64,000 nucleotides of DNA, taken from contig CACNCV010000002.1 in assembly GCA_902619105.1 (NCBI GenBank), positions 17,092 through 81,091 of the forward strand, in the 5' to 3' direction. Below, in pieces: positions 11,069-21,879 of the stretch. The translations under genes were made by a program, and so were the position numbers. Origin of the DNA: an uncultured Pelagibacteraceae bacterium. GTDB taxonomy: Bacteria; Pseudomonadota; Alphaproteobacteria; Pelagibacterales; AG-422-B15. Numbering within the stretch: the first letter of the stretch is position 1; each line of letters begins with the position of its first letter. The notes under the pieces were generated by a model. The model saw nothing but the letters and a program-made list of their open reading frames with translations. It did no database searches and was not told where the DNA came from.

Positions 11069-12694
11069 ATGACGCGATTTATATTTGTAACAGGCGGCGT
11101 GGTATCATCTCTTGGTAAAGGTTTAGCTTCAGCCTCTTTAGCATCATTACTTCAACATCATGGTTATAAAGTAAGAATTAGAAAATTAGATCCTTACCTA
11201 AATGTTGATCCAGGAACAATGAGTCCATATCAGCATGGTGAAGTTTATGTTACAGATGATGGCGCTGAAACTGATTTAGACCTAGGTCATTATGAAAGAT
11301 TCACTGGTGTAGTTTCTAAGAAGTCTGACAATATCACCTCAGGGAGAGTGTATCAAAAAATTATAACAAAAGAGAGAAAAGGTGAGTACCTGGGCGCTAC
11401 AGTGCAAGTTATTCCACATGTTACAAATGAAATTAAAGAATTTATTTCAAACGATCTTGAGCAAGAAGATTTTGTGATATGTGAGATAGGCGGAACAATT
11501 GGGGATATTGAAAGCTTACCTTTTATAGAAGCTATAAGACAATTCCATAATGATAATGGACATGGCAATTCATTATTTATTCATGTTACTTTGGTTCCAT
11601 ACATTGCAAGTTCTGGTGAATTAAAAACAAAACCTACTCAACATTCAGTAAAAGAATTGAGGAGTTTGGGTATACAACCAAATATTTTATTGTGTAGATC
11701 TGACAGAATAATACCTGAGGGAGAAAGAAAAAAAATTGGCTTATTCTGCAATGTTAAACATAACTGCGTAATTCAAGCAATAAATGCAAATTCAATATAC
11801 GAAGTTCCGATTAATTTTTATAATGAAGGATTAGATAAGAGAGTTTTAGAATATTTCAATTTAGATGCAAATAAAACTATAGATCTTAAAATGTGGTCTC
11901 AAGTTTCTAAACATGTTCTGGAACCTGAAGGAAAGGTCGTAATTGGAATAGTAGGCAAATATACAGGACTTGCTGATGCTTATAAATCACTGAATGAAGC
12001 ATTATCTCATGGTGGAATTTTTAATAATGTAAAAGTTGAATTAAAATGGTTTGAATCTGAAGAATTAAATAGCTCCAATACGTCAAGCTTATTAGCAAAT
12101 TGTAATGGCATTTTAGTTCCTGGGGGATTTGGTGAACGAGGTTCAGAAGGAAAAATTGCAGCAATTAAGTATGCAAGAGAAAACAAAATACCATATTTTG
12201 GAATATGTTTTGGAATGCAACTTGCAGTCATAGAGATGGCAAGAAATATATTAGGCATGCAGGATGCAAATTCGAGCGAATTTTCTAATTGCAATAATTC
12301 AATTGTCGGCCTAATGACAGAGTGGACAACCTCAGATAATACGACTGAGAAGAGATCTAAAAATGATGACCTTGGCGGAACGATGAGACTTGGATCATAT
12401 GAGGCAAAATTAAGAAAAGGCAGTAAAATATATAATATATATAAAGACGAAATTATTAATGAAAGACATCGTCACAGATATGAAGTTAACAATAAATTTG
12501 CTGAAGAATTTGAAAATAAAGGTGTTATCTTTTCTGGTTATTCACCTGATGGATTACTGCCCGAAACTGTTGAATTGAAAGATCATCCCTGGTTTATTGG
12601 AGTGCAATATCATCCTGAATTAAAATCAAAACCATTTGAACCACATCCTTTATTTAAGTCATTTATAGATGCAGCAAAAAAGATACAAAGATGA
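11069..12694 (+). CDS. pyrG: CTP synthase
   Basis: [29 protein letters not shown] and QYHPE motifs. Confidence 0.98.
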   Translation: MTRFIFVTGGVVSSLGKGLASASLASLLQHHGYKVRIRKLDPYLNVDPGTMSPYQHGEVYVTDDGAETDLDLGHYERFTGVVSKKSDNITSGRVYQKIITKERKGEYLGATVQVIPHVTNEIKEFISNDLEQEDFVICEIGGTIGDIESLPFIEAIRQFHNDNGHGNSLFIHVTLVPYIASSGELKTKPTQHSVKELRSLGIQPNILLCRSDRIIPEGERKKIGLFCNVKHNCVIQAINANSIYEVPINFYNEGLDKRVLEYFNLDANKTIDLKMWSQVSKHVLEPEGKVVIGIVGKYTGLADAYKSLNEALSHGGIFNNVKVELKWFESEELNSSNTSSLLANCNGILVPGGFGERGSEGKIAAIKYARENKIPYFGICFGMQLAVIEMARNILGMQDANSSEFSNCNNSIVGLMTEWTTSDNTTEKRSKNDDLGGTMRLGSYEAKLRKGSKIYNIYKDEIINERHRHRYEVNNKFAEEFENKGVIFSGYSPDGLLPETVELKDHPWFIGVQYHPELKSKPFEPHPLFKSFIDAAKKIQR

Positions 12695-13518
12695 ATAAAG
12701 TAGTAAAATTGAATAATTTTGAATTTTCTAATTATGATAAATTAAATCTAATAGCTGGACCATGTGTACTTGAATCTCATAGTCATGCTAAAAAAATGGT
12801 TGAGGCGCTCTTAGAAATTACTACAAAATTAAAAATAAATTTTGTTTATAAGACTTCCTTTGACAAGGCAAACCGTACAAGTTTACATTCTGAGAGAGGT
12901 TTAGGAATTGATGCTTCATTAGAAATATTTAAATCTCTAAAAGACGAATATAAAATAAATATTTTAACAGATGTACACAATGTATCTGACTGTGAGAAAG
13001 TAAAAGATTATGTTGATATACTTCAAATTCCAGCTTTTTTATGCAGGCAGACAGATTTATTAATTGCTGCAGCAAAAACTGATTTAATAGTAAATATTAA
13101 AAAAGGTCAGTTTTTAGCTCCATTGGACATGATTAATGTCTCTAAAAAAATTGAAGAGAGCGGCAATAAGAAAATACTTTTGACTGAAAGAGGGGCTTCA
13201 TTTGGTTATAATAATCTAGTTTCTGATATGAGGTCACTCGAAATTATGAAAAGTGAGATAGGCTACCCTGTAATTTTTGACGCAACTCACTCCGTGCAAT
13301 CACCCGGAGGAATGGGCGACAAAAGTGGTGGAGATAGAAAGTATGTGCCGGCTCTATCAAAAGCAGCTGTGGCAGTTGGTGTCGCAGGGGTATTTATGGA
13401 AACTCATAACGATCCAGACAACGCTCCTTCAGATGGACCTAATATGGTCAAAATAGATGATATGAAAGATTTGATAAAAAAACTCATTGAAATTGACAAT
13501 TTAATCAAAGAAAAATAA
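12691..13518 (+). CDS. kdsA: KDO-8-phosphate synthase
   Basis: [21 protein letters not shown] and SDGPN motifs. Confidence 0.97.
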   Translation: MNKVVKLNNFEFSNYDKLNLIAGPCVLESHSHAKKMVEALLEITTKLKINFVYKTSFDKANRTSLHSERGLGIDASLEIFKSLKDEYKINILTDVHNVSDCEKVKDYVDILQIPAFLCRQTDLLIAAAKTDLIVNIKKGQFLAPLDMINVSKKIEESGNKKILLTERGASFGYNNLVSDMRSLEIMKSEIGYPVIFDATHSVQSPGGMGDKSGGDRKYVPALSKAAVAVGVAGVFMETHNDPDNAPSDGPNMVKIDDMKDLIKKLIEIDNLIKEK

Positions 13519-13543
13519 GTAACTAAATATAATAAATATATTT

Positions 13544-14812
13544 ATGCATTTTATTAAAAATATAGTTTCTAGACAAATATTTGACAGCAGAGGAAACCCT
13601 ACTGTTGAAACAGATGTTTTTCTATCAAATGGTGTCTTTGGTAGAGCTGCTGTTCCATCTGGTGCATCAACAGGTAAAAATGAGGCTTTTGAACTAAGAG
13701 ATAATAAAAAATCATATCATGGAAAATCTGTTTTAAGAGCTGTAGATAATGTCAATACCATAATTTTTGATACACTTTCAGGTTATGACGTTCTTGAACA
13801 GGAAGAAATTGACGAGACTTTAATAGAGTTAGATGGAACTTCAAATAAAAAAAGGTTAGGGGCTAATGCGATATTAAGTGTTTCACTTGCTTGTGCTGAT
13901 GCAGCTTCAAAATATTTAAATATTCCTCTTTATAAATATTTGGGTGGATCCAGGGCCTTTAGGATGCCTACGCCTATGCTTAATATTATAAACGGAGGAG
14001 CCCATGCAAACAATAATTTATCATTTCAAGAATTCATGGTTATACCTGTAAAATGCAAAACGTTTACAGAGTCTATTAGAAAAGCATCCGAAGTTTTTCA
14101 CACGCTTAAACAAATTTTAGAGAAAAAAAATATCTCAACTGCTGTTGGAGATGAAGGTGGTTTTGCGCCAAATTTAAAAAATGAAGACCACGCCTGTGCA
14201 CTTATAAAAGAAGCAATCACAAAAACAGGATATAAATTAGGAAAGGATTTCTTTTTGTCATTGGATGTAGCGGCATCAGAATTTTATGTAAAGAAAAAAT
14301 ATAAAATTTTGTCAGAGAAAAGAACATTTTCTAGCGATCAATTTTCTAATTATTTAATAAAATTATGTAAAAAATATTCTATTATTTCTCTTGAAGATCC
14401 ATTTGCAGAAGATGATTGGGAAGCATGGCAAAAATTTAATCGCAATTATGGTTCTGAAATACAAATTGTTGGAGATGATATTTTTACAACAAATATAAAT
14501 TTAATTTCAAAGGGCATTAAATTGAATGCTGCAAATGCAGTTTTGATAAAAATTAATCAAATTGGAACGTTAACAGAAACCATAAAGGCAATAGAACTTG
14601 CTCAAATGAATGGTTTAGAAACTATTATATCACATCGATCAGGAGAGACCGAAAATACATTCATTGCTGATCTGTCAGTGGCAACTAATTCTGGTCAAAT
14701 TAAAACTGGTTCAATGTCTCGGACGGACAGAATTTCTAAATTCAACCAATTAATAAGAATTGAGGAAAATTTAAACTCTGAAAAATCATTAAAAATCAAT
14801 AAGTTCTACTAA
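13544..14812 (+). CDS. eno: Enolase
   Basis: DSRGNPT, PSGASTG, GDEGGF and SHRSGETE motifs. Confidence 0.97.
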   Translation: MHFIKNIVSRQIFDSRGNPTVETDVFLSNGVFGRAAVPSGASTGKNEAFELRDNKKSYHGKSVLRAVDNVNTIIFDTLSGYDVLEQEEIDETLIELDGTSNKKRLGANAILSVSLACADAASKYLNIPLYKYLGGSRAFRMPTPMLNIINGGAHANNNLSFQEFMVIPVKCKTFTESIRKASEVFHTLKQILEKKNISTAVGDEGGFAPNLKNEDHACALIKEAITKTGYKLGKDFFLSLDVAASEFYVKKKYKILSEKRTFSSDQFSNYLIKLCKKYSIISLEDPFAEDDWEAWQKFNRNYGSEIQIVGDDIFTTNINLISKGIKLNAANAVLIKINQIGTLTETIKAIELAQMNGLETIISHRSGETENTFIADLSVATNSGQIKTGSMSRTDRISKFNQLIRIEENLNSEKSLKINKFY

Positions 14813-14929
14813 TTATATAATAGTTAAAGAGAACAAAAAGAGTCCAAATACCTTTTTTTATTATTTTTTTCCGTCAATTTTATTCATTCAAATTGTACTG
14901 ATTCGTCAAATATGATTCTCTAATTCAAC

Positions 14930-15244
14930 ATGAATAAGTTTGTTGCATTAATTATGACCTTTAAGGATTATTGTTCTTATTTTTTTCTTCCTTTAATTTT
15001 AATATATTTATTATTTAATATTTTTGACGGAAATAACGGACTCTTGTCTCATTCAAGATTAAATGCAGAAATTTTAAGTCTTGAGACAAAAGTAAAAAAT
15101 ATGAAAAGCAGCAATAGTTTATACGAGGTTAAAATCTCATCTTTGCAAAAACATGACAAAAATACCGATCTAGTTGATGAACAAATAAGAAATGTTCTAG
15201 GGTATGGAAAAAATAACGAATTCATTGTATTTTTTGATAATTAG
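14930..15244 (+). CDS. ftsB: Septum formation initiator FtsB/DivIC
   Basis: TM followed by coiled coil; GNNGL and LGY motifs; follows eno. Confidence 0.82.
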   Translation: MNKFVALIMTFKDYCSYFFLPLILIYLLFNIFDGNNGLLSHSRLNAEILSLETKVKNMKSSNSLYEVKISSLQKHDKNTDLVDEQIRNVLGYGKNNEFIVFFDN

Positions 15245-15293
15245 TATCCACTTGAAATTACTTTGATTTACATCTATTTATGATAAAGAATCA

Positions 15294-16217
15294 ATGCAAA
15301 ATAAGATATCTAAAGCTCTTTTAAGAAAGAAATTTTCTATAATTGACAATCCAATCAAACCTAAATGGATAAAGGTCAAAATCCAAACAGATAAAATTAA
15401 TGAAATCAAGAAAACTCTAAAGTCCAATCGAATTGTAACCGTATGTGAAGAAGCGATGTGTCCTAATATGTCTAATTGCTGGGCAAAATCCCATGCTACT
15501 TTTATGATACTTGGAGATGTTTGTACAAGGGCGTGCAGTTTCTGTAATATCAGCACTGGAAAACCAAATCAAGTTGATCACACTGAACCAATTAGAGTTG
15601 CAAACTCTGTAAAAAAATTGAAATTATCTCATGTAGTTATTACGTCTGTTGATAGAGATGACCTTAAAGATGGAGGAGCTATGCATTTTTCAAATACAAT
15701 TCATGAAATAAAATTAAAATGCCCTAACACAACTATTGAAATATTAACTCCTGACTTTAAAAATAAGAAAGACTCGATCGAATTGCTATCTAGATGTCAA
15801 ATAGACGTATTTAATCATAACTTAGAAACTGTTAATTCTTTATATAAAATTGTAAGACCAGGCGCCGATTATAAACACTCACTGAGTATTCTTAAAAATA
15901 TTAAGAAACTAAACCCTAAACTGTTTACTAAATCTGGAATAATGATCGGTTTAGGAGAGAAATATTCGGAAATTATAAATTTAATGGATGATCTGAGGAA
16001 TAACAATGTGGATTTTATTACTATTGGTCAATATTTAAGACCTACAAGATACCATCATCCAGTAATTGAATATCATAATCCAGATTACTTTCGCAAACTC
16101 TATGACGATGCTATGAGTAGAGGTTTTAAAATAGCTTCTTCATCACCCTTTACAAGATCATCATTTCACGCAGAAGATGACTTTAAGAAGCTCAAAAATT
16201 TAACGTTAAATGCCTAA
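15294..16217 (+). CDS. lipA: Lipoyl synthase
   Basis: CEEAMCPNMSNC, radical-SAM CTRACSFC and RSSFHA motifs. Confidence 0.97.
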   Translation: MQNKISKALLRKKFSIIDNPIKPKWIKVKIQTDKINEIKKTLKSNRIVTVCEEAMCPNMSNCWAKSHATFMILGDVCTRACSFCNISTGKPNQVDHTEPIRVANSVKKLKLSHVVITSVDRDDLKDGGAMHFSNTIHEIKLKCPNTTIEILTPDFKNKKDSIELLSRCQIDVFNHNLETVNSLYKIVRPGADYKHSLSILKNIKKLNPKLFTKSGIMIGLGEKYSEIINLMDDLRNNNVDFITIGQYLRPTRYHHPVIEYHNPDYFRKLYDDAMSRGFKIASSSPFTRSSFHAEDDFKKLKNLTLNA

Positions 16218-16653
16218 ACAAGAAGAAAGTAAAGTTGTTAACTACACAAAAGAACAAATGTTTGATTTAGTTGCTGATATTGATCACTATGCTGAATTTC
16301 TTCCTTGGTGTAATAGTTCTAAAATAATTAGTGAAAGTAAAGAAGGTGATATAAAAATTGTAATTGCTGACTTAGAGATTGGTTATGATCAATTTGTATA
16401 TACTTATCGTAGTGAAGTTAAACTTCATGAAGATAAGAATGAAATAAATGTTCGTAACTTAGACGGACCATTTAAATATCTTGAAAATAATTGGAATTTT
16501 ATCACTATAAGTGATTGTGAGTGCGAAATTAAATTTAATATTGACTTTGAATTAAATATTTCTCTTCTTGACTTGTTGATGAAAAAATTTTTTGATCTTG
16601 CTTTTCAAAAAATGGTTGATGCATTTATCGACCGTGCAAATGAAATATATTAA
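16210..16653 (+). CDS. ratA: RatA/PasT (COQ10 START-domain) protein
   Basis: MFDLVADIDHYAEFLPWC and GPFKYLEN motifs. Confidence 0.85.
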   Translation: MPKQEESKVVNYTKEQMFDLVADIDHYAEFLPWCNSSKIISESKEGDIKIVIADLEIGYDQFVYTYRSEVKLHEDKNEINVRNLDGPFKYLENNWNFITISDCECEIKFNIDFELNISLLDLLMKKFFDLAFQKMVDAFIDRANEIY

Positions 16654-17141
16654 ATTTTTTGTAAATTTTTGATAATTTCTTTTAAAATGAACTCAGTGCT
16701 TTTCTCTTGAACTTTTTGCCTTGATTTTTCTCTGAAATTTTTTTTGATTGTCGTAAAATGATATTTATTTTTTATTTTTATGCCCAAACCAAAGTAAATA
16801 CAGCCAACTGGAGTTTTAGAGTTTCCACCAGTTGGACCTGCAACTCCTGTTACAGATATTAATATTTCACTTTTGCTAATTTTTTTTAATCCTTTTACCA
16901 TCGACAATGCAGTTTGATGGCTAACTGCTCCGTATTTACTAATTATTGTATTAGGGACTTTTAAAATACGATTTTTCAAAAAATTTGAATATGAAACTAC
17001 AGAGCCCTCAAAGAAATCAGATGAGCCACTAATACTTGTTAACTTAGAGCTTATCATTCCCCCTGTACAAGACTCAGCGAGGAATATATGAAAGATTTTT
17101 TCCTCTCTTATTTTCTTAATTTTCTTAATATAATTACGCAT
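16650..17141 (-). CDS. cinA: CinA C-terminal domain protein (NMN deamidase family)
   Basis: AESCTGG, GAVS and TGVAGPTGG motifs. Confidence 0.88.
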   Translation of the reverse strand: MRNYIKKIKKIREEKIFHIFLAESCTGGMISSKLTSISGSSDFFEGSVVSYSNFLKNRILKVPNTIISKYGAVSHQTALSMVKGLKKISKSEILISVTGVAGPTGGNSKTPVGCIYFGLGIKIKNKYHFTTIKKNFREKSRQKVQEKSTEFILKEIIKNLQKI

Positions 17142-17599
17142 CAAAAGGATAAAATAATTTTATAGAACATAATGATGATCAATGAATAAATTCCTGCAAT
17201 AATATCATCAATTATCACGCCTTTTGCACCACTCAAATTTTCAGCCCTATTAATTGGATACACTTTAGTTATATCAAAAAATCTAAATGCACAAAATGCC
17301 AATAAAACTTCATATAAATTATAATCTATTAAAAAAAGTAGAGGTATTGATTGTCCAATATATTCATCTATTATAACTTCAGAAGGATCATCCTTAACCT
17401 CACTGATTAAGTAAATATTTATTAATTTGAAAGAAATAGAGAGCGATATTATTAAAATTAAATAAAAAAAATAAATATTTATAAAATTAATAGACATGTA
17501 CCAAATCAAAATTGCAAAAATAGATCCAAGTGTGCCAGGAGCTAATGGTGAATAACCAATGCCAAAAATCGTTACAAAATATTTACTAAATAATTTCAT
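17141..17599 (-). CDS. pgpA: Phosphatidylglycerophosphatase A
   Basis: APGTLGS, DPSEVIIDE, FRFFDITK and DDIIAG motifs; ATGA overlap with ispDF. Confidence 0.92.
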   Translation of the reverse strand: MKLFSKYFVTIFGIGYSPLAPGTLGSIFAILIWYMSINFINIYFFYLILIISLSISFKLINIYLISEVKDDPSEVIIDEYIGQSIPLLFLIDYNLYEVLLAFCAFRFFDITKVYPINRAENLSGAKGVIIDDIIAGIYSLIIIMFYKIILSF

Positions 17600-18723
17600 A
17601 TCTTTAAAATCTTTACTGTAGTCCAACAAGCTATCGCTTTTGATTTACCAATAGTTCCAACATTATCGGCTGTTTTAGCTTTAACGCTGATTACCCCAAT
17701 GTTACATTGCAGCAAACCAGCAATTTTTTTTCTTATTTTAGTTTTATATTTTTCAAGCCTTACTTTTTGGCAAATGATCGTACAATCAAGGTTTTTTATG
17801 ATCATACTGTCGTAATTTATTATTTTCTGAAGATTATTTAATAAGGTTATAGATGATATATTTTTATATTTTTCTAATGGGGGAAAAAATTTTCCAATAT
17901 CACCTTTACTAGTTGCCCCGAGGATTGCATCAATAATTGAGTGTATTACCACATCGCCGTCTGAATGACCAATAGATTGATAATTGCATTTTATCTTTAA
18001 TCCCGCTAATGATAAATATTTTCCTTCTATGAGTCTATGAATATCAAAGCCACTGCCGTATTTGAAATTATAATTTAAAAATTTCTTTAAAAATATAATA
18101 TCTTTTTTTGTTGTAATTTTTATATTCTCTTTACTAGCTTCAATAATTTTAATATTAGCTTGTTTATCATCCTCTAAAATACCTAAATCATCTGTTGGTA
18201 TAAATTTTAAATTTTTAACATTCTTAACAAGTTTCTTTAATTTGAATATTTGTGGTGTTTGGTAAGTCATGTAATTTGTTCTGTCTAACGTTTTATTATT
18301 TTTTCTAATCGTATCTTCAACAATTGAAGCAGGGGCTACACAATCGTATTTTTTACTAGACATACATCTTATGACATCATTTATTAATGAATTAGGTGTA
18401 ATCGGTCTGGCAGCATCATGTATCATCACTGATTCATATTTTTTTATATCAATGCTTTGTAAAGCTTTTGTTAGACTTTCGAACCTTGTTTTTCCACCAA
18501 AAATTAATTCATTTTTTGTAAATTTTAATACTATTTTTTTTTCATTTTTTGTTATTTTTTTGGGTATAGTGATATATATAGAATTTCTATTAAAATGATT
18601 TAAAATATTTTTAAGCGTAAATTCGATTATTGAGGTTCCATGTAACTTATGAAAAAGTTTAGATTTTGATTTTCCAAACCGTTCACTGCTTCCTGATGCT
18701 AAGATTATACATGCAATTTTCAT
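17596..18723 (-). CDS. ispDF: Bifunctional IspD/IspF (MEP pathway)
   Basis: HDAARP and QTPQ (IspD); GFDIH and GHSDGDV (IspF). Confidence 0.93.
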   Translation of the reverse strand: MKIACIILASGSSERFGKSKSKLFHKLHGTSIIEFTLKNILNHFNRNSIYITIPKKITKNEKKIVLKFTKNELIFGGKTRFESLTKALQSIDIKKYESVMIHDAARPITPNSLINDVIRCMSSKKYDCVAPASIVEDTIRKNNKTLDRTNYMTYQTPQIFKLKKLVKNVKNLKFIPTDDLGILEDDKQANIKIIEASKENIKITTKKDIIFLKKFLNYNFKYGSGFDIHRLIEGKYLSLAGLKIKCNYQSIGHSDGDVVIHSIIDAILGATSKGDIGKFFPPLEKYKNISSITLLNNLQKIINYDSMIIKNLDCTIICQKVRLEKYKTKIRKKIAGLLQCNIGVISVKAKTADNVGTIGKSKAIACWTTVKILKI

Positions 18724-18770
18724 ATTAGGTTAGTATAGGTCAAATCTATATATATTAAATATTATATTGA

Positions 18771-20552
18771 ATGAGTAATAATTTATATAATGTAAATTTT
18801 TTAAATTTAAGAAATTTACTCTTAATCTTCGGTGCACTGACTTTTCTTGCTTTATCAATTTTTGCTTTATTAAGACAAAGAATTGAGTCATTTTATGTCT
18901 ATGATTATACTAGTACATATATATTAGGCGCATCAGTTTTAATCATTATATTAATTCTATCAATCGCTTATTTGGTACTTCCAATAATAATTAGAGTTAA
19001 AAGAAAAAAAGTAAGCACACTTAATAGTAAATTTACACTTTATTTTGTTTCAATAGCATTAACACCCGCAATAATTTTGGGAGTTATTGGAATGATGCTT
19101 ATAAATTTAGGTATTAATGATTGGTTTAATTCAAAAATCAATAATGTAATTGATAACTCTGTTTTAGTAGCTGAGAGCTACTTAGAGGAACATAAAGAAA
19201 CTATTAAAGGTGAAGTTTACACAATGTATACTGATATAAACAGTACAAGTGATGTGCTAGGTAAAGATATAAATAGATTAAAATTTGCATTAAGGACACA
19301 AGCATTAATAAGATCAATACCCGAAACATTTGTATTGAGCAGAGAGGGTAAAATTTTAGCTCAAGCATTTGAGCAAAGCAAATTGCTATACTCACCCCCA
19401 GAGAACGCATTTGAGAGGGCGGATAACGGTGAAATGGCTATTATGTCATCGACGCAAGTAAATAAAGTTTATGCATTAGTAAAGCTCGATAATTATAAGG
19501 ACTCATATTTATTTGCAGGTAGATCAATGGATGAAAATGTTTTAATTGCTTTAAATGACACTGTTTCAGCTAAAAATGAATATACGTTTTTAGAAGAAAA
19601 TAGAAACCAGATAAGTCTTACTTTTATTCTTTTATATGTAATAATTTCATTATTTCTCGTGTTATTATCAACTTTCTTTGGACTCAAATTTGCTGAACGA
19701 ATTGTATTTCCAATTTCTAGTGTTATTAAAGCAACTAATAATATAAGTGAAGGTAGATATGACAACAAAATAAAAAAAACCAATGATTACGTTGAATTAA
19801 ATAGACTGGCTGAGTCATTTAATAAAATGAGTGATGATATTGTAAAACAAAGAAAGCAAATATTAATATCAAAAAAACATGAAACCTGGTCAGATATTGC
19901 AAGAAGGATTGCTCATGAAATTAAAAATCCTCTTACTCCGATTCAATTATCTTCGGATAGACTAGAAAAAAAACTAAAAGACTTTTCTATAGAGCAATCT
20001 GAAATAATTGAATGCGTAAGTACTATTAGGCGACAAGTAAATGAAATTGGATATTTAGTTGACGAATTCTCTAACTTCGCAAGACTTCCAATGCCTAAGC
20101 TAAGTGAGGAAAATATTCATCTTATATTAAGAGAAGTGATAAAAGATTATAAAAATAATTACACAAATATTCTTTTTGAGGAAAGTTATTGCAATGACAA
20201 CCTTCATCTGAGGGTTGATCGATCACAGATATTAAGAGCCTTAAAGAATATTATTATTAATTCTATACATTCGATTGAAGAAAATAATAATGGAAAAGGA
20301 GTGATATCAATAAAAACTAAAAGTTGCAAAAAATATTTTAAAATAATACTACAGGATAATGGAAGAGGATTAAAATTTACACGTGATGAACTAATAAAAC
20401 CTTATTTTACTACTAAAAAGAAAATAGGAGGGACAGGACTTGGACTTGCAATAGTAGAAAAAATTCTTTTTGATCATAATGCAGATTTTTCAATAGATAA
20501 TCGTGAAGATAAAATCAGTGGAGCCCTAGTTGAAATTAAATTTGAGAGATAA
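18771..20552 (+). CDS. ntrY: Sensor histidine kinase NtrY
   Basis: Multiple TMs, HAMP, AHEIKNPLTPIQL H-box, GTGLGL. Confidence 0.92.
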   Translation: MSNNLYNVNFLNLRNLLLIFGALTFLALSIFALLRQRIESFYVYDYTSTYILGASVLIIILILSIAYLVLPIIIRVKRKKVSTLNSKFTLYFVSIALTPAIILGVIGMMLINLGINDWFNSKINNVIDNSVLVAESYLEEHKETIKGEVYTMYTDINSTSDVLGKDINRLKFALRTQALIRSIPETFVLSREGKILAQAFEQSKLLYSPPENAFERADNGEMAIMSSTQVNKVYALVKLDNYKDSYLFAGRSMDENVLIALNDTVSAKNEYTFLEENRNQISLTFILLYVIISLFLVLLSTFFGLKFAERIVFPISSVIKATNNISEGRYDNKIKKTNDYVELNRLAESFNKMSDDIVKQRKQILISKKHETWSDIARRIAHEIKNPLTPIQLSSDRLEKKLKDFSIEQSEIIECVSTIRRQVNEIGYLVDEFSNFARLPMPKLSEENIHLILREVIKDYKNNYTNILFEESYCNDNLHLRVDRSQILRALKNIIINSIHSIEENNNGKGVISIKTKSCKKYFKIILQDNGRGLKFTRDELIKPYFTTKKKIGGTGLGLAIVEKILFDHNADFSIDNREDKISGALVEIKFER

Positions 20553-20553
20553 G

Positions 20554-21879
20554 ATGAAAAAAATACTAATTATTGAAGATGAAATTGATATTGCTAATAA
20601 TTTAAAAGCTGTGCTTAAAGATGAAAATTATTATGCAAGTATTGCAAATAATTCAAGTGAGGCATTCGATAGGCTTTCAGATGAAGTTTATGATTTAATA
20701 ATCTTAGATGTATGGCTTGATAATTCAGAATATGACGGTATTAAGATACTAGAAAAAGTAAGAGAAAGTAGTTCAATTCCTGTGATTATAATATCTGGCC
20801 ATGGCAATATTGATATGGCAGTTCAAGCAATTAAAGACGGAGCAAATGAGTTTATAGAAAAGCCTTTTACTTCAGAGAGATTATTGTTGTCTGTAGGAAG
20901 ATCAATTGAACTACATGAAACTAAAAATGAAAATAACTTTTTAAAAAATAAAGATATTTATAATTATAAATTCATTGGAAACTCAAATGCTATTAATAGA
21001 ATAAAGAACTTAATTAAAAAAGTCTCACCTACATCAAGTCGCGTTATGATATATGGTGACTCCGGTACCGGTAAGGACATAGTTGCAAGAGAAATACATA
21101 GATGCTCAAAATATAAAGATGGTCCATTTATTACCATTAATGCCGCATTGATGGAACCGGAAAATATAGAAAAAGATTTTTTTGGATCAGTAGACAATGG
21201 CTCGGATAAAATTGGATATTTTGAGGCTGCGACAAATGGAACAATCTTCATTGATGAGGTTGGAGAAATGCCTCTTCAGACTCAAGCAAAAATATTAAGA
21301 GTTCTAACAGATAAGCAATTCACAAAAGTTGGTGATAAGAAAGTAATAGATTTAAACTGTAGAATTATATGTTCTTCAATTAATAATCTTGAAATTTTGA
21401 TTGATGAAGGTTCATTTAGAAAAGATCTATTTCATCGTTTAAATGTTGTAACTATTAATTTACCAAGGTTAGTAGAACGCTTAGATGATATTGATAATTT
21501 GATTGACTATTTTGTGGAAATTTTTAATCGTGATAATAAAGAAGTCTTAGATCTTAAGCCTATTATTAAAACACGGTATAATAATTATGATTGGCCTGGA
21601 AATATTCGCGAATTGAGGAATATAATTGAAAGATATATTATCGTTGGTGAAAAATTTATAGAGGATGAAAATAATAATACTGATGAATATACTGATCCGA
21701 ACGTTATTTCTTTACCCCTTAAAAATGCTAGAAAAATATTTGAAAAAAACTATTTGCAATCACAAATCAATCGTTTTGATGGAAATATATCAAGAACAGC
21801 TGAATTTATTGGTATGGAAAGATCAGCACTTCACAGAAAATTGAAGCAACTTGGTATTACAGAAGATTACAAGAAATGA
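20554..21879 (+). CDS. ntrX: Response regulator NtrX
   Basis: Receiver domain (LDVWL), AAA+ domain lacking GAFTGA, Fis HTH ERSALHRKLK; start MKKILIIED. Confidence 0.92.
   Translation: MKKILIIEDEIDIANNLKAVLKDENYYASIANNSSEAFDRLSDEVYDLIILDVWLDNSEYDGIKILEKVRESSSIPVIIISGHGNIDMAVQAIKDGANEFIEKPFTSERLLLSVGRSIELHETKNENNFLKNKDIYNYKFIGNSNAINRIKNLIKKVSPTSSRVMIYGDSGTGKDIVAREIHRCSKYKDGPFITINAALMEPENIEKDFFGSVDNGSDKIGYFEAATNGTIFIDEVGEMPLQTQAKILRVLTDKQFTKVGDKKVIDLNCRIICSSINNLEILIDEGSFRKDLFHRLNVVTINLPRLVERLDDIDNLIDYFVEIFNRDNKEVLDLKPIIKTRYNNYDWPGNIRELRNIIERYIIVGEKFIEDENNNTDEYTDPNVISLPLKNARKIFEKNYLQSQINRFDGNISRTAEFIGMERSALHRKLKQLGITEDYKK

Noticed and set aside
14831-14845. GAAC-N7-GTCC upstream of ftsB as an SOS box
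   Set aside because: The second half-site deviates from GAAC/GTAC, so support is too weak.
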